A stretch of 28,099 nt of DNA from a bacterium (GTDB lineage: Bacteria; Hinthialibacterota; Hinthialibacteria; Hinthialibacterales; Hinthialibacteraceae): positions 1 through 28,099 of the forward strand of contig CAXXSM010000095.1 of assembly GCA_963663405.2 (NCBI GenBank), read 5' to 3'. Position 1 is the stretch's first letter, and every line of letters begins with the position of its first letter. The notes beneath the pieces are model-generated. The model was not told the DNA's origin. It worked only from the letters and a program-made list of their open reading frames with translations, and searched no databases. The position numbers and the translations under genes were made by a program. This document shows, piece after piece, positions 1 to 9,760 of the stretch.

Positions 1-50
1 AACAGAAGCGATATTGTTAGAAAAAGTATAAGATAATCCAGCGTTTTCAT
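1..50 (-). CDS. Possible 5' end of a secreted/membrane protein running off the left edge
   Basis: ATG at 50 on the minus strand opens MKTLDYLILFLTISLL, a signal-peptide-like stretch with no stop before the edge; divergent from the porin gene. Confidence 0.35.
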   Translation of the reverse strand, partial: MKTLDYLILFLTISLL

Positions 51-296
51 TGTTTTTGTACTGCTTCTTGCGTTGCATTGAGTTTTAGATCAAAATTTGT
101 AAGTCATATTTACGATGAAGTGGAGGGTTAATGAGTCTTTACTGAATCACTGAAGGGCTATAAAAACCTTTGCCTGCTTGTATATTAAAAAAATGTTAAG
201 ATACATACGGATGATTTGCAATAACTGTGTAAAACTATCGTATTAGAGGTTAAGGATTGCTCTCTTATGCGGAACTAGATTTCGGGGGATGATTTC

Positions 297-1670
297 ATGC
301 CGATTTTCCTTTTTCGTCTATTTATTGTTGTTTTTATTATTGCGGGAAATCTTTCTACTGCTTGGCCGCAAAGTTCATCAACGGAAAAACGATTAGAAAA
401 ACTCGAAAAAGAGAACAAAGAACTCCGGCAAATCATAGAAAAACTGCAGTCGAGACTGGACGCGCTCGACTCAAAAGCCAAAGAAGAACCGAAGGAAAAA
501 AAGAAGAAAGATAAAAAGGAAGATGACGAAAAAGAAACAAAAAAGGGAACCAAAAAAGAGCTGGAGCCGTCTATAGATAAAACGGATGAAGAAAAAGAGA
601 AAGAAAAGACTTCTTCGTGGCTTCCATCGCTCAGTGATGAAACCTTCCGGTTGGGAGGCCGTTTCCAAGTTGATTATTTTGACGCGGAAACCGATTCCAA
701 TCTCCGATCCGCGAATCCAGATAAAGGCGCGGAAGGATTTGAAATTGATGAACTTCGTCTTCGAATCGACGCGGATTTTAAAAATAAAATCCGGTTTTAC
801 AGCAAAATCGATATTGAGAACCAAATCGATGAGCAGGGACTCAAAGAAGCGTATCTAGCGTTCGAGGACTTGCCGTTGTCGACGGAACTTCTCGTAGGTT
901 TACAGCCCCGCTTTTTCCGTTCTGACCGGTATACGGAAACGATGCCTATACCGGGGATCGCGTTCTGGAGAAGCCGGGATGTGGGGATCACGTTAAAAGG
1001 CGATTACGATCCTCTTTACGGATACCTCACCCTGCAAAATGGTCCGGAATTAGATACTCGCAGGCTGGGAAAGAGTGACACCGCGTGGATGATCAGCGAT
1101 GACCCTACCAATTATGATTTTGGCTCGAACAAAGAATTCAGCGCGGGTCTTGGATTCGATCTGGATTTCGAAAACTGGGGCAAATTAGATCTCCTTGGTT
1201 TCGGCGCCATCGGCCGGTTGAACCAGGATGATATAGATTTCCTGCAACAGGACGTGCCAGGCTATGGCCAGTCCAACGAAGATCAGAAACGATTTGCTGG
1301 GATCAATGTCGATTACAAGATTGGGGAATGGGACATCTTCGGCCAGGCGATTGGAGGGCAAGATGGAGAAATGGAACGCTTCACTTGGTCCATGGAATTG
1401 TCTCGCAAATTCGAGATTCAAGGCTGGCGTTATCTGGATTCAATTCGCCCTCTGGTTCGTTATGGCTCTCTCGATACAGATTTAAACGCGAGGCCTTTTT
1501 CCGAAAAAGGTTCGCTGACGTGGGATCGGCGTCAATGGTTGTTTGCTCTGATTTCCGAGATTACCGACAATGTGCTCTTTCGTTTCGAATATCTGCTCAA
1601 TGACGAAGACACTGGGGGGCCGGACGCTGATAACAATGAGTTGTTGTTCCAATTGCAAATCGCGTTCTAA
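297..1670 (+). CDS. Outer-membrane beta-barrel porin (phosphate-selective porin OprO/P-like), with N-terminal coiled coil and K/E-rich linker
   Basis: Signal peptide, LEKLEKENKELRQIIEKLQSRL coiled coil, FRLGGRFQVDY and LKEAYL segments typical of this porin group, amphipathic strands, C-terminal Phe (FQLQIAF). Confidence 0.7.
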   Translation: MPIFLFRLFIVVFIIAGNLSTAWPQSSSTEKRLEKLEKENKELRQIIEKLQSRLDALDSKAKEEPKEKKKKDKKEDDEKETKKGTKKELEPSIDKTDEEKEKEKTSSWLPSLSDETFRLGGRFQVDYFDAETDSNLRSANPDKGAEGFEIDELRLRIDADFKNKIRFYSKIDIENQIDEQGLKEAYLAFEDLPLSTELLVGLQPRFFRSDRYTETMPIPGIAFWRSRDVGITLKGDYDPLYGYLTLQNGPELDTRRLGKSDTAWMISDDPTNYDFGSNKEFSAGLGFDLDFENWGKLDLLGFGAIGRLNQDDIDFLQQDVPGYGQSNEDQKRFAGINVDYKIGEWDIFGQAIGGQDGEMERFTWSMELSRKFEIQGWRYLDSIRPLVRYGSLDTDLNARPFSEKGSLTWDRRQWLFALISEITDNVLFRFEYLLNDEDTGGPDADNNELLFQLQIAF

Positions 1671-1785
1671 TAAATTTTGTTTTGAATAGAAATATACAGT
1701 TTTAACTGGCTATATCTTTTGGCTTTTCATCTGGGGTTTTAACGATGTAGTTTAGTACTATTGAATACGATTTTTTGGAGTACGT

Positions 1786-2541
1786 ATGCAAAACGGTATT
1801 ATTGGCAGTGTGACTCAAACCATCGGCAATCTTGCTCAAAACGGACAGCATCCATTCAGCGCATGGATGCTGGACGCCAATCCTCCAGCGAATTTTGCGA
1901 ATGAATTAAACTATGCGGAAATCATTGTTTCCCTTTCACTCGCCGCCATTTTGGGAGGATTGATCGCCTATCATCCCCGGCGGCAAATCGATGTCGGGGG
2001 AGAGGTGAGTGACATCGATCTCAAGAAAACGAAAATTCTCATCTGCGTCGCCGGGGCGATTCTTGTTCCTTTAATCCAAGGAAGCCTGGAACTCGCTTTC
2101 GGATTAGTCGGCCTGGGAGGTTTGGTCCGGTACCGAACGGTTTTAAGCAATCCAGTCGATCTCTCTGTTGTGTTTATTCTTATCGGTTTGGGCATGGCTT
2201 GTGGTTTGCATCTGTATAAATTCGCCTTCACGATGGTCGCGTTCGTCTATTTCCTGCTCTATATTTTAGATCTGGGCAACAGCCACAAACGCGTGGTCTG
2301 GACCCTTAAGGTTGACGCGACCGATCCAGCCTCCGTTAATGAAGCGTTTCAAATCCTTGCGGAGAAGCATCGGCTGGAAATCCTTCGGAAACGCTCCAGC
2401 AACGAACGAGGTGGTTTCCGCTGTCAATTTTTCGCGTCGAAGCGATTAAATACAGAACAACTCTCTCAGGAAATCCGCGATCACTGTGGACAAAGAATCA
2501 TCTTTACGCGGTTTGAATGGGAGATGAAGGAAGGGAAATAA
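1786..2541 (+). CDS. DUF4956 / MgtC-SapB-like membrane protein with C-terminal ACT-like domain
   Basis: Motif AFGLVGLGGLVRYRT...NPVD...LIGLGMACG, several TM helices, soluble C-terminal ~80 aa. Confidence 0.7.
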   Translation: MQNGIIGSVTQTIGNLAQNGQHPFSAWMLDANPPANFANELNYAEIIVSLSLAAILGGLIAYHPRRQIDVGGEVSDIDLKKTKILICVAGAILVPLIQGSLELAFGLVGLGGLVRYRTVLSNPVDLSVVFILIGLGMACGLHLYKFAFTMVAFVYFLLYILDLGNSHKRVVWTLKVDATDPASVNEAFQILAEKHRLEILRKRSSNERGGFRCQFFASKRLNTEQLSQEIRDHCGQRIIFTRFEWEMKEGK

Positions 2542-2597
2542 CCAACGCGGCGCAATGGATTTAGAGATAACGGCGCTTGGTTCGCAGCCAGTTTGAA

Positions 2598-3542
2598 CTA
2601 GGATGGATTCTTGCAGACCAAAAAGGCGTGATCGTGTTCAATCACACCGTAATCCAGTAGTATCTTTTCGAATTCGATCAGCATGCGGATCGTTAGCGCG
2701 TGTTCGCGATTCATTTCCTCGTCAAAGTTCCCCATAATCGCTTCGAATAAATTATGGAGAATCGTCCCGCCATAGTTTTTTTGTTCAACAATATCGAACC
2801 GTTTATGCAACGCGGGAATGATCCGGTCGGAACAGACGGATTCAAACGCTAGATGTTCTTTCATAAATTCCAGTGAATGGCGGACGAGGATATATTTATA
2901 CTTTCCCGGCTCCCGGATGTTGCGCCGTAATTCCATGGGAAGGCAGGCGATCAACCGGTTGGTGATATCGACCTGCGCGTCGGTCCATTGAAAACGATAT
3001 GGGCCGACAAACTCGTTCACAACGAGATATCCATCCGGTTTCAGCCACAATCGGAGATTGTCAAGGCATTTTTCCAGTTCGACGAAGTGATGCAGCGCCA
3101 TCGAGACAAAAATAACGTCGTATTGCTGCTCATGTGGTGTTTTTTCGAGGTAGTTCGCATCGGCGGTGTAGTAATGCACACAATCGCCCACACCCGCTTT
3201 CTCCGCCAGTTCGCGCGCAATATCAAGCGCTTGAGGGCTGATATCAAAGCCTTCCATACGCTGGGCGATGCCCCGCTTCAGGATATGCCGTTCCAGCTCG
3301 CCCTGCCCGCATCCGACATTCAAACCGAGTTTCATCGGCTTTTTACAGTATTCCGCCTTGAAGTGATCCAGCCAATCCCGGCTTGGATCGCCGGAGACGC
3401 AGGTATTGATGTACCGGGCGATCAAAGGGGAATTGCACCACGAGAGTGGAACTTCACCAGCTCCCACTCCCCACAATTCCGCCTCCCGTTCAGCAAGGAG
3501 ATTGTATTCCGTATGGGGATCGTTTTTCCGTAATTTTTTCAC
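2598..3542 (-). CDS. Class I SAM-dependent methyltransferase
   Basis: Motif I LNVGCGQG, acidic GFDIS, YDVIF..MALHH, LKPDGYL. Confidence 0.85.
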   Translation of the reverse strand: MKKLRKNDPHTEYNLLAEREAELWGVGAGEVPLSWCNSPLIARYINTCVSGDPSRDWLDHFKAEYCKKPMKLGLNVGCGQGELERHILKRGIAQRMEGFDISPQALDIARELAEKAGVGDCVHYYTADANYLEKTPHEQQYDVIFVSMALHHFVELEKCLDNLRLWLKPDGYLVVNEFVGPYRFQWTDAQVDITNRLIACLPMELRRNIREPGKYKYILVRHSLEFMKEHLAFESVCSDRIIPALHKRFDIVEQKNYGGTILHNLFEAIMGNFDEEMNREHALTIRMLIEFEKILLDYGVIEHDHAFLVCKNPS

Positions 3543-3931
3543 TGCTCTATTTCGTATCCTTTTCCCGCGTCACACAACATTTGTTCGTATCGGTAACATC
3601 GGGCTTCCAGTTCTTTGCATTTAACCTGGGTTTGCTTTAAATCACTGTCTTTTTCTTTGAGAAGGTGCTCAATGTTGCGGGTATGGGTAACGCTCTCCTG
3701 AAGCAGATGTTCCAGATTTTTCGCATGTTCCAAGAGCCCTTTATTGTGTTCAGCCAATCCCTTGCAGCGCTCTTCTAGATTTGAAAAGATTTCTTTTAAG
3801 AACGGATCAACTATTCCGTCTCTTATAGCGGCCAATTCCTCGCTGCGCTCTTCAATATGCATGGGTTTCTCATCCGAATCCCGCGGGATCATCTTATCTT
3901 TCATTTTTGAAAGCCACCATTTTACTTTCAT
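3539..3931 (-). CDS. Hypothetical coiled-coil protein, translationally coupled to the methyltransferase
   Basis: Heptad pattern (LAEHNKG LLEHAKN LEHLLQE); 4-nt ATGA overlap with the next gene; ATG at 3931 preferred over TTG at 3979 (start uncertain). Confidence 0.6.
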   Translation of the reverse strand: MKVKWWLSKMKDKMIPRDSDEKPMHIEERSEELAAIRDGIVDPFLKEIFSNLEERCKGLAEHNKGLLEHAKNLEHLLQESVTHTRNIEHLLKEKDSDLKQTQVKCKELEARCYRYEQMLCDAGKGYEIEQ

Positions 3932-3980
3932 GAATTTCAGCCATTTTACTAAATCGATTAATCTAAAAGTATGACACAAT

Positions 3981-4003
3981 GGAGCGCGGGCGTCCCTACC
4001 CGC
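3981..4003. repeat. GC-rich REP-like hairpin (single copy in window)
   Basis: GGAGCGCGGGCGTCCCTACCCGC: stem GCGGG/CCCGC in an AT-rich intergenic region; resembles, from memory, GGAGCGCGGGCGTCCCGCCCGC-type palindromic repeats. Confidence 0.4.
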
Positions 4004-4334
4004 AAAACAATTTACTTTAATAATCCGAATACAAAAAAGTATGACAGAGATGGAGATAGGAAAAAAGGGGCGCTTTTTTTTATATTTTTGTTTGGGAAAT
4101 ATCCAATATTATTTAAGAATAGCTCTTGAATTGACAGATCGTAGGTGAAGAGCGGTGAAGTCGACAATTTCACATTATGATTTCCTCGTTCAATCAAATT
4201 TTCAGCTACATCGTGTATTACAAAAGATTACTCTCACGATTTAAATTAGATATCAATTCTAAAAATAATAATAATAAATATAACAATTTTTTCCTATATT
4301 TATACATTTATATGCACATTTTGAGTATATATAA

Positions 4335-4351
4335 TTGGCATGTTTAATGCT
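4335..4351 (+). promoter_or_regulatory. Putative sigma-54 (RpoN) promoter of oprB-MCP
   Basis: TTGGCATGTTTAATGCT: GG(4337-38)-N10-GC(4349-50), close to YTGGCACG-N3-TTGCW, ~60 nt before the porin start and after a long AT-rich tract. Confidence 0.6.
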
Positions 4352-4412
4352 ATATGTTAATCGTATATTTTGTTGTAACTAAATTAAAATAGAAAGATAG
4401 ATTGTCATTAAG

Positions 4413-5642
4413 TTGAAAATGTTTAAAATCTCTTATTTGAAAAGAAGAATACAGCCATTTGTTTTTGTGAATTGTATAATATTGATTCTTGATAATTCTG
4501 GAATTACGCAAGAAAGACTAAGGGAGCGGGATTCTCTTTTTGGAGATTGCTGGGGATTCCGGTCGAGTTTGGCTGAACAGGGTTTGACTTACGATTTGAT
4601 CTATACAGCGGAATTTTTTCGGAATGTAAGTGGCGCCATAAAAAACGGTGGTGACTATCGGGGAGATCTCAGCCTTTTCCTTGAATTCGACACTGCAAAA
4701 GCGGGATGGTGGGACAATGGGACATTTTTTATCCATCTCCAAGAACAGCATGGCTATGGAATTACAGATCAGTATGTGGGTGATTTTCAAGTTCTTTCCA
4801 ACATTGACGCGGATGATTTTAAGCAGATATCCGAAATCTGGTACCGGCATATGTTTTTTAATGAACTCTTCTGGATCAAAATGGGGAAGATGGAAGCCAA
4901 TGAAGACTTTGCGTTTGTGGACTATGGTGGTGAGTTCATCAATTCCTCTCCTGGTTTCTCGCCGACAATTCCTCTTGTGACATTTCCCGATCAGGACTGG
5001 GGTATTGTATTCGGAATCGAGCCGGAAGAGTGGTTTTCCATGAATGTGGGAGTGTATCAAGGCCGTCCGGACGGCGGACGTTCTATCGGCTCTACACTGG
5101 ATAACCTATTCGGTCCCATGCTCATGATTGAACCCGCGTTTCACTATATCCTGGCCGGGCATCCAGGGCATTTCCGTATTGGGGGTTGGTGGAATGGAGA
5201 TCGATTCGATGAAATAGACGTTAACAATCCGAATCCGGGCGTATACAGCGAGAGTTACGGTTGGTATCTCACTTGGGATCAGGAAGTATGGAAAGAAAAT
5301 CCTGATGAGAATAGCGAGCAGGGAATTGGTGTTTTCGCTCAATTCGGCTGGGCTCCGGAAAAACGTTGGGAAATTGATCGATATATCGGCGGCGGCGTTC
5401 ATTGGACTGGCGCGATTCCATCACGGGATGACGATATTATTGGCCTCGGTGTCTTCAATGTTAATTTCAGTAATGGCATGGGAACCGTTGATGATGGGGA
5501 AACCGCGATCGAACTTTTTTATAAATGGCAATCTATGGCTTGGTTGAGTCTGAAACCGGAACTGCAATATATCATCAATCCTGGTGGCGCGGGAAGCGAT
5601 GACGCATTGGTGATCGGTCTTCGGTGTGAAATCGTTTTTTAA
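4413..5642 (+). CDS. oprB: Carbohydrate-selective porin, OprB family
   Basis: LFGDCWGFRSSLAEQG N-terminus, SNIDA, KMGKMEANEDF, ETAIELFY..LKPELQYIINPGG, C-terminal Phe; start TTG 4413 or ATG 4419. Confidence 0.85.
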   Translation: MKMFKISYLKRRIQPFVFVNCIILILDNSGITQERLRERDSLFGDCWGFRSSLAEQGLTYDLIYTAEFFRNVSGAIKNGGDYRGDLSLFLEFDTAKAGWWDNGTFFIHLQEQHGYGITDQYVGDFQVLSNIDADDFKQISEIWYRHMFFNELFWIKMGKMEANEDFAFVDYGGEFINSSPGFSPTIPLVTFPDQDWGIVFGIEPEEWFSMNVGVYQGRPDGGRSIGSTLDNLFGPMLMIEPAFHYILAGHPGHFRIGGWWNGDRFDEIDVNNPNPGVYSESYGWYLTWDQEVWKENPDENSEQGIGVFAQFGWAPEKRWEIDRYIGGGVHWTGAIPSRDDDIIGLGVFNVNFSNGMGTVDDGETAIELFYKWQSMAWLSLKPELQYIINPGGAGSDDALVIGLRCEIVF

Positions 5643-5716
5643 AATCTCCTTGGGGAGACAATGATTTAGGCGTTAATGCTGCTGAGATAAATTGAAAAAA
5701 CACAGGAGAGTAAATT

Positions 5717-7747
5717 ATGATTTGGAAACATTTCAAAATATGCGTGAAATTGGGGATTGGTTTTGGGTCGATTTTGATCTCGACGATTGCGATTGGGAGT
5801 GTGGCGCTTTATTCGTTATCCGTTGTGTGCCGCAACATGGATGAGTTGTCCGGTTGGAGTGAAATCGATGAAGGGATGAATGAAGACGTCATTCAGAACG
5901 TTATTAAACTTGAAACAGCGATGACCGCCTACCTATTGATGGACACAGAGGAAAATTGGACGCGGCTTCAATCTATAACAAGTCAACTGAATCAAGGCGT
6001 TTCGGAATGGAAAAATCTAGTTAGTCAGGATAAGGAATTAGTACAAACCACACAAAACATAGAAAATACGCTTATTGAATTTTCAAAGATCGAAAATCAA
6101 TTACGATCGAAAAATCTGGATCGGGCCGCAATTGAGAGGAAATGGGACGCGTCTGCGCAGAAAAGTCTGACTACGCTAATGACTACAATGGAAGAGGTGA
6201 TCGATCCCGCTAAAGAGAGAGCTGAGCAATCAGAAATTATCCCGGAGATGGTGAAATGGGGTGAAATTGACATGGTGATGAATGAGGGAGTCATTCAAAA
6301 AATACTCCTTCTACAAATGACCGCCCATGATTACGCGGCGCAAAGCACTGAAGAAAGTTGGAAACGCTTCCAAACGATGCTGACTGATGCAAGGAATGGG
6401 CTTGAGGAATGGACGGGATTGCTTTCGGGGGAGGCGGCTATGCGGCAATCGGCGCAAGTCATTCGCGAACAATTGGATGAATTCAGCGCCTTAGGGGATC
6501 AATACAACCAAATTCTCACCGGCAGTCAAGCCATAAAACAAGAATTCACGAATTCTGTTCAATCCGTTCTGGCGGAAGTTGAAACTGTGATGCAAGAAGT
6601 TCTTGATCCCGCGAAAGACGCCGTTATAGCGAACGCCTCCGCTACTAACCGGCGAGCGAATGCGACGATTCTTCTCGTCTCGATTCTCGCAGTTCTAATC
6701 GGAACGCTTCTCGCCTGGCGGATTACATGCGGCATCGTAACACCAATGACTATCGGGGTCGAATTAGCGCAAGAAATCGCCAGCGGGAATTTGACACGGG
6801 AAATAACAGTTCACCAAAATGATGAGATTGGAGAGTTGATCAACAATCTCAATTTTATGACGGGTAATTTAAGGACAGTAATCAGTGGGATTCAAACCGC
6901 GGCGAGCCAAGTCGCAGCCAGTAGTGAAGAGTTGTCTTCTTCGGCGCAAAGTCTTGCCAGTGGCGCGGCGGAACAAGCGTCGAGTCTAGAAGAGACATCC
7001 GCATCGATTGAAGAACTAAATCAATCGATCAAGATAAATTCGGAAAACGCGAAAAAGGCGAATACAGTAACGGCGGATGCGGTGGATCAAGCGAATGATG
7101 GTGGGCTTGTGGTCCAGGAAACAGTGGAGGCCATAAAGCAAATCGCCACTCAAATTACTATTATCGACGACATCGCCGATCAAACCAATCTTCTCGCGTT
7201 AAATGCGGCGATCGAGGCTGCCCGGGCGGGTGAATTGGGGAAAGGATTCGCTGTTGTCGCTGTGGAAGTCCGGAAATTGGCGGAACGGAGCCAACAAGCC
7301 GCCCGGGAAATTAGCGCGTTATCCATCAATACAGTTAAAAAAGCGGAGCAAACAGGCCTTCAAATACAAAGTGTAGTTTCCACGATCCAAAAGGCTTCAA
7401 CACTCGTCCAAGAGATTTATATATCCTGTACAGAACAGTCTTCTGGATTCGATCAAATTAAATCCGGGGTATCACAACTCGATGATGTAATCCAACAAAA
7501 TTCATCGGCCTCAGAAGAAACCGCGGCCGCTAGCGAAGAACTCGCAAGTCAGGCGCAGGCTATGCAGGAGATGGTTTCGACATTTAAAATCAACAAAGAG
7601 GAGAATCCGTATCATTTACACCGGGATTCATGCAGAAATCAACCAACCAATATACAAAGAGAAAAGTATGATTCCATAGCGGCGATATCTGATTCGAACG
7701 AGTACACACCTATGCGCGATGAAGATGAGTTTCGCCGTTTCGATTAA
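5717..7747 (+). CDS. Methyl-accepting chemotaxis protein (TM-periplasmic sensor-TM-HAMP-signalling domain)
   Basis: [40 protein letters not shown] hairpin motif, HAMP (DEIGEL), two TM helices, RBS AGGAG. Confidence 0.95.
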   Translation: MIWKHFKICVKLGIGFGSILISTIAIGSVALYSLSVVCRNMDELSGWSEIDEGMNEDVIQNVIKLETAMTAYLLMDTEENWTRLQSITSQLNQGVSEWKNLVSQDKELVQTTQNIENTLIEFSKIENQLRSKNLDRAAIERKWDASAQKSLTTLMTTMEEVIDPAKERAEQSEIIPEMVKWGEIDMVMNEGVIQKILLLQMTAHDYAAQSTEESWKRFQTMLTDARNGLEEWTGLLSGEAAMRQSAQVIREQLDEFSALGDQYNQILTGSQAIKQEFTNSVQSVLAEVETVMQEVLDPAKDAVIANASATNRRANATILLVSILAVLIGTLLAWRITCGIVTPMTIGVELAQEIASGNLTREITVHQNDEIGELINNLNFMTGNLRTVISGIQTAASQVAASSEELSSSAQSLASGAAEQASSLEETSASIEELNQSIKINSENAKKANTVTADAVDQANDGGLVVQETVEAIKQIATQITIIDDIADQTNLLALNAAIEAARAGELGKGFAVVAVEVRKLAERSQQAAREISALSINTVKKAEQTGLQIQSVVSTIQKASTLVQEIYISCTEQSSGFDQIKSGVSQLDDVIQQNSSASEETAAASEELASQAQAMQEMVSTFKINKEENPYHLHRDSCRNQPTNIQREKYDSIAAISDSNEYTPMRDEDEFRRFD

Positions 7748-7933
7748 ATTCACCTCCTAAGGAAGATCTGTTTCCTTCTTCCTCTTGATTGTTTGCTAAG
7801 TGTCTTAATATACGAGAAATGAAGATGCCATAGGAAGAAAGGTGGATCGTTCTCTCAGGGTACAAAACATCCATAAAAAGGAATATAATAAAATAAAGAA
7901 CAATCTTCATTCTATCTTCTCTTTCAAACCACG

Positions 7934-9682
7934 ATGAAATCGTATCTTTCTCAAATCATTTCTCTCATTATTGTGCTCTTCATATATGTGTCTAATATCC
8001 CTTTCTCCATTGGCGCGTCTTCAACTTTGATTGGGCTCTACCCTACGGGGTACGAGAAAAATGAAAACGAGGACGGCTGGCTCTCGTTCGCGTATCAATC
8101 CAGCGCTATTTCGGTCCAGTCGAAAGAACTGCTATCAATTGATATTGACGCGCTGCGCCTTCGGAATTGGCGTATTGATGGATTCGAGATAATTGCGGGA
8201 GAGGAATCGATTCCCCTCACTCATCTCAAGGAATTATCCAAAGGCGCCCCCCCCTTTTTTCTTCGTTGCTGTGTGACATACAACGGCGCTTTGAAACAGA
8301 ATGGGAAAGCGCTCCCCTTCGCCAAGCAGAGGGCCTGCAGTCCAGAATTGCTGTTAATTCCCGCCAGCGGCGTATCCATCCAATCTCCTACACACCGGCG
8401 GGGATTGAACAATTCGGTTATGGCCATCAATCCATCTGGTTCAACGGATCGCGCTGGAACGCCGCCTGTGAATCTTGTCATGCTAATGGTGGATACGCTT
8501 CGATCCGATCATACGCCCCCCTACGGTCATCCCTTCGTGATCGCTCCGCATGTCGACATGCTCACGTCGTTGGGCGCCATGTTCACACAATCGTATGGCG
8601 CCTCTTCCTCCACCCGGCCCAGCGTCGGATCGATGATGACCGGATTGCAGCCGAAAGCGCATGGCGCGGTCCGGCACTCGACGCAAGGCGCGGCGCTGTA
8701 CAGCGGCGTTCCATTGCTGGCGGAAGCGTTTCAAAACGCAGGATTCACTACAGTTGGTATTTCGAGCAACGCCCAAGTTACCAGCAAATTCGGTTTTGCC
8801 CGTGGATTTGATGTTTACGAATGCCCTGTTTGGGAAACCGTGGTTACGCCGAAAGCGGTTAAACGGCTCAAAACGATTAAAGAACCGTTTTTCCTTTACC
8901 TGCATTATATGGCTCCCCATGCGCCGTATACGCCTCTCAAACCCTGGGCGGGGTTGTATGATGGGATGACGGAATATAAAGAGCAGGACGCCTACTGCGC
9001 GGAAATTTCTTTAGTGGATCGCCGTCTTGGCCGTGTGCTGCGTCAGTTGAGCGAACTGGATTTGCTCGATCACACGCTGGTCTGGCTGCTTTCCGATCAC
9101 GGGGAAGAGTTTTGGGAGCATGGCTGGAAAGAACATGGCGTCACTCTCTATGATGAAAGTACGCGAACCGTGTCGATTGGCATGTATCCACCGGTTATTC
9201 CCATGAACAAACGGATCGATCTCCCCGTGACACATGCCGATCTCTTTCCCACATTTTGCGACTTGATTAATTTAAAACCGCCCCAGTTGCTTCAGGGGAA
9301 AAGCCTTCTACCGCTTCTGCTTGGAAAACCGCCCGGCGAGCTGGCTTCCCGGCCGATTTTCCTGCATCACGGTGGAGGTCTTGGACCGGGAGTTCATTTC
9401 TCGGATAAAGACGGGGTGTTGTTGAATCACAAAAAACTGATCTGGTGGAATCAGAAAGATGAATGGGAACTTTACGATCTTCAATCCGACCCATTAGAAA
9501 AGAAAAATCTAGCCACCAGCGCGATCGATGCGAAAAGAGAATATGAAGGATTGATTCACGATCATGTTTCCGTATGCGAAACGATCGCCAAGCGGTACCA
9601 GATACCTGGCGATGGAGACACGGCTGTTGAATTAAGTCCGGAAGAGATCGAGAATTTGAAGGCGTTTGGGTATATCCAGTGA
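7934..9682 (+). CDS. Secreted sulfatase-like hydrolase/transferase (alkaline phosphatase superfamily)
   Basis: NLVMLMVDTLRSDH, STRPSVGSMMTG, PFFLYLHYMAPHAPY, SDHGEEFWEHG, ELYDLQSDP.E..NL, C-terminal LKAFGYI. Confidence 0.85.
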   Translation: MKSYLSQIISLIIVLFIYVSNIPFSIGASSTLIGLYPTGYEKNENEDGWLSFAYQSSAISVQSKELLSIDIDALRLRNWRIDGFEIIAGEESIPLTHLKELSKGAPPFFLRCCVTYNGALKQNGKALPFAKQRACSPELLLIPASGVSIQSPTHRRGLNNSVMAINPSGSTDRAGTPPVNLVMLMVDTLRSDHTPPYGHPFVIAPHVDMLTSLGAMFTQSYGASSSTRPSVGSMMTGLQPKAHGAVRHSTQGAALYSGVPLLAEAFQNAGFTTVGISSNAQVTSKFGFARGFDVYECPVWETVVTPKAVKRLKTIKEPFFLYLHYMAPHAPYTPLKPWAGLYDGMTEYKEQDAYCAEISLVDRRLGRVLRQLSELDLLDHTLVWLLSDHGEEFWEHGWKEHGVTLYDESTRTVSIGMYPPVIPMNKRIDLPVTHADLFPTFCDLINLKPPQLLQGKSLLPLLLGKPPGELASRPIFLHHGGGLGPGVHFSDKDGVLLNHKKLIWWNQKDEWELYDLQSDPLEKKNLATSAIDAKREYEGLIHDHVSVCETIAKRYQIPGDGDTAVELSPEEIENLKAFGYIQ

Positions 9683-9760
9683 ACGGCTTTTTTTATAAAA
9701 CCGGTATGATGGCCATTCATCCTTTATCCCATCTTCCCAAATTATTCAGAAACGGATAAG

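Noticed and set aside
7759-7777. Hairpin AAGGAA/TTCCTT after the MCP as a terminator
   Set aside because: Weak AT-rich stem and no clear U-tract
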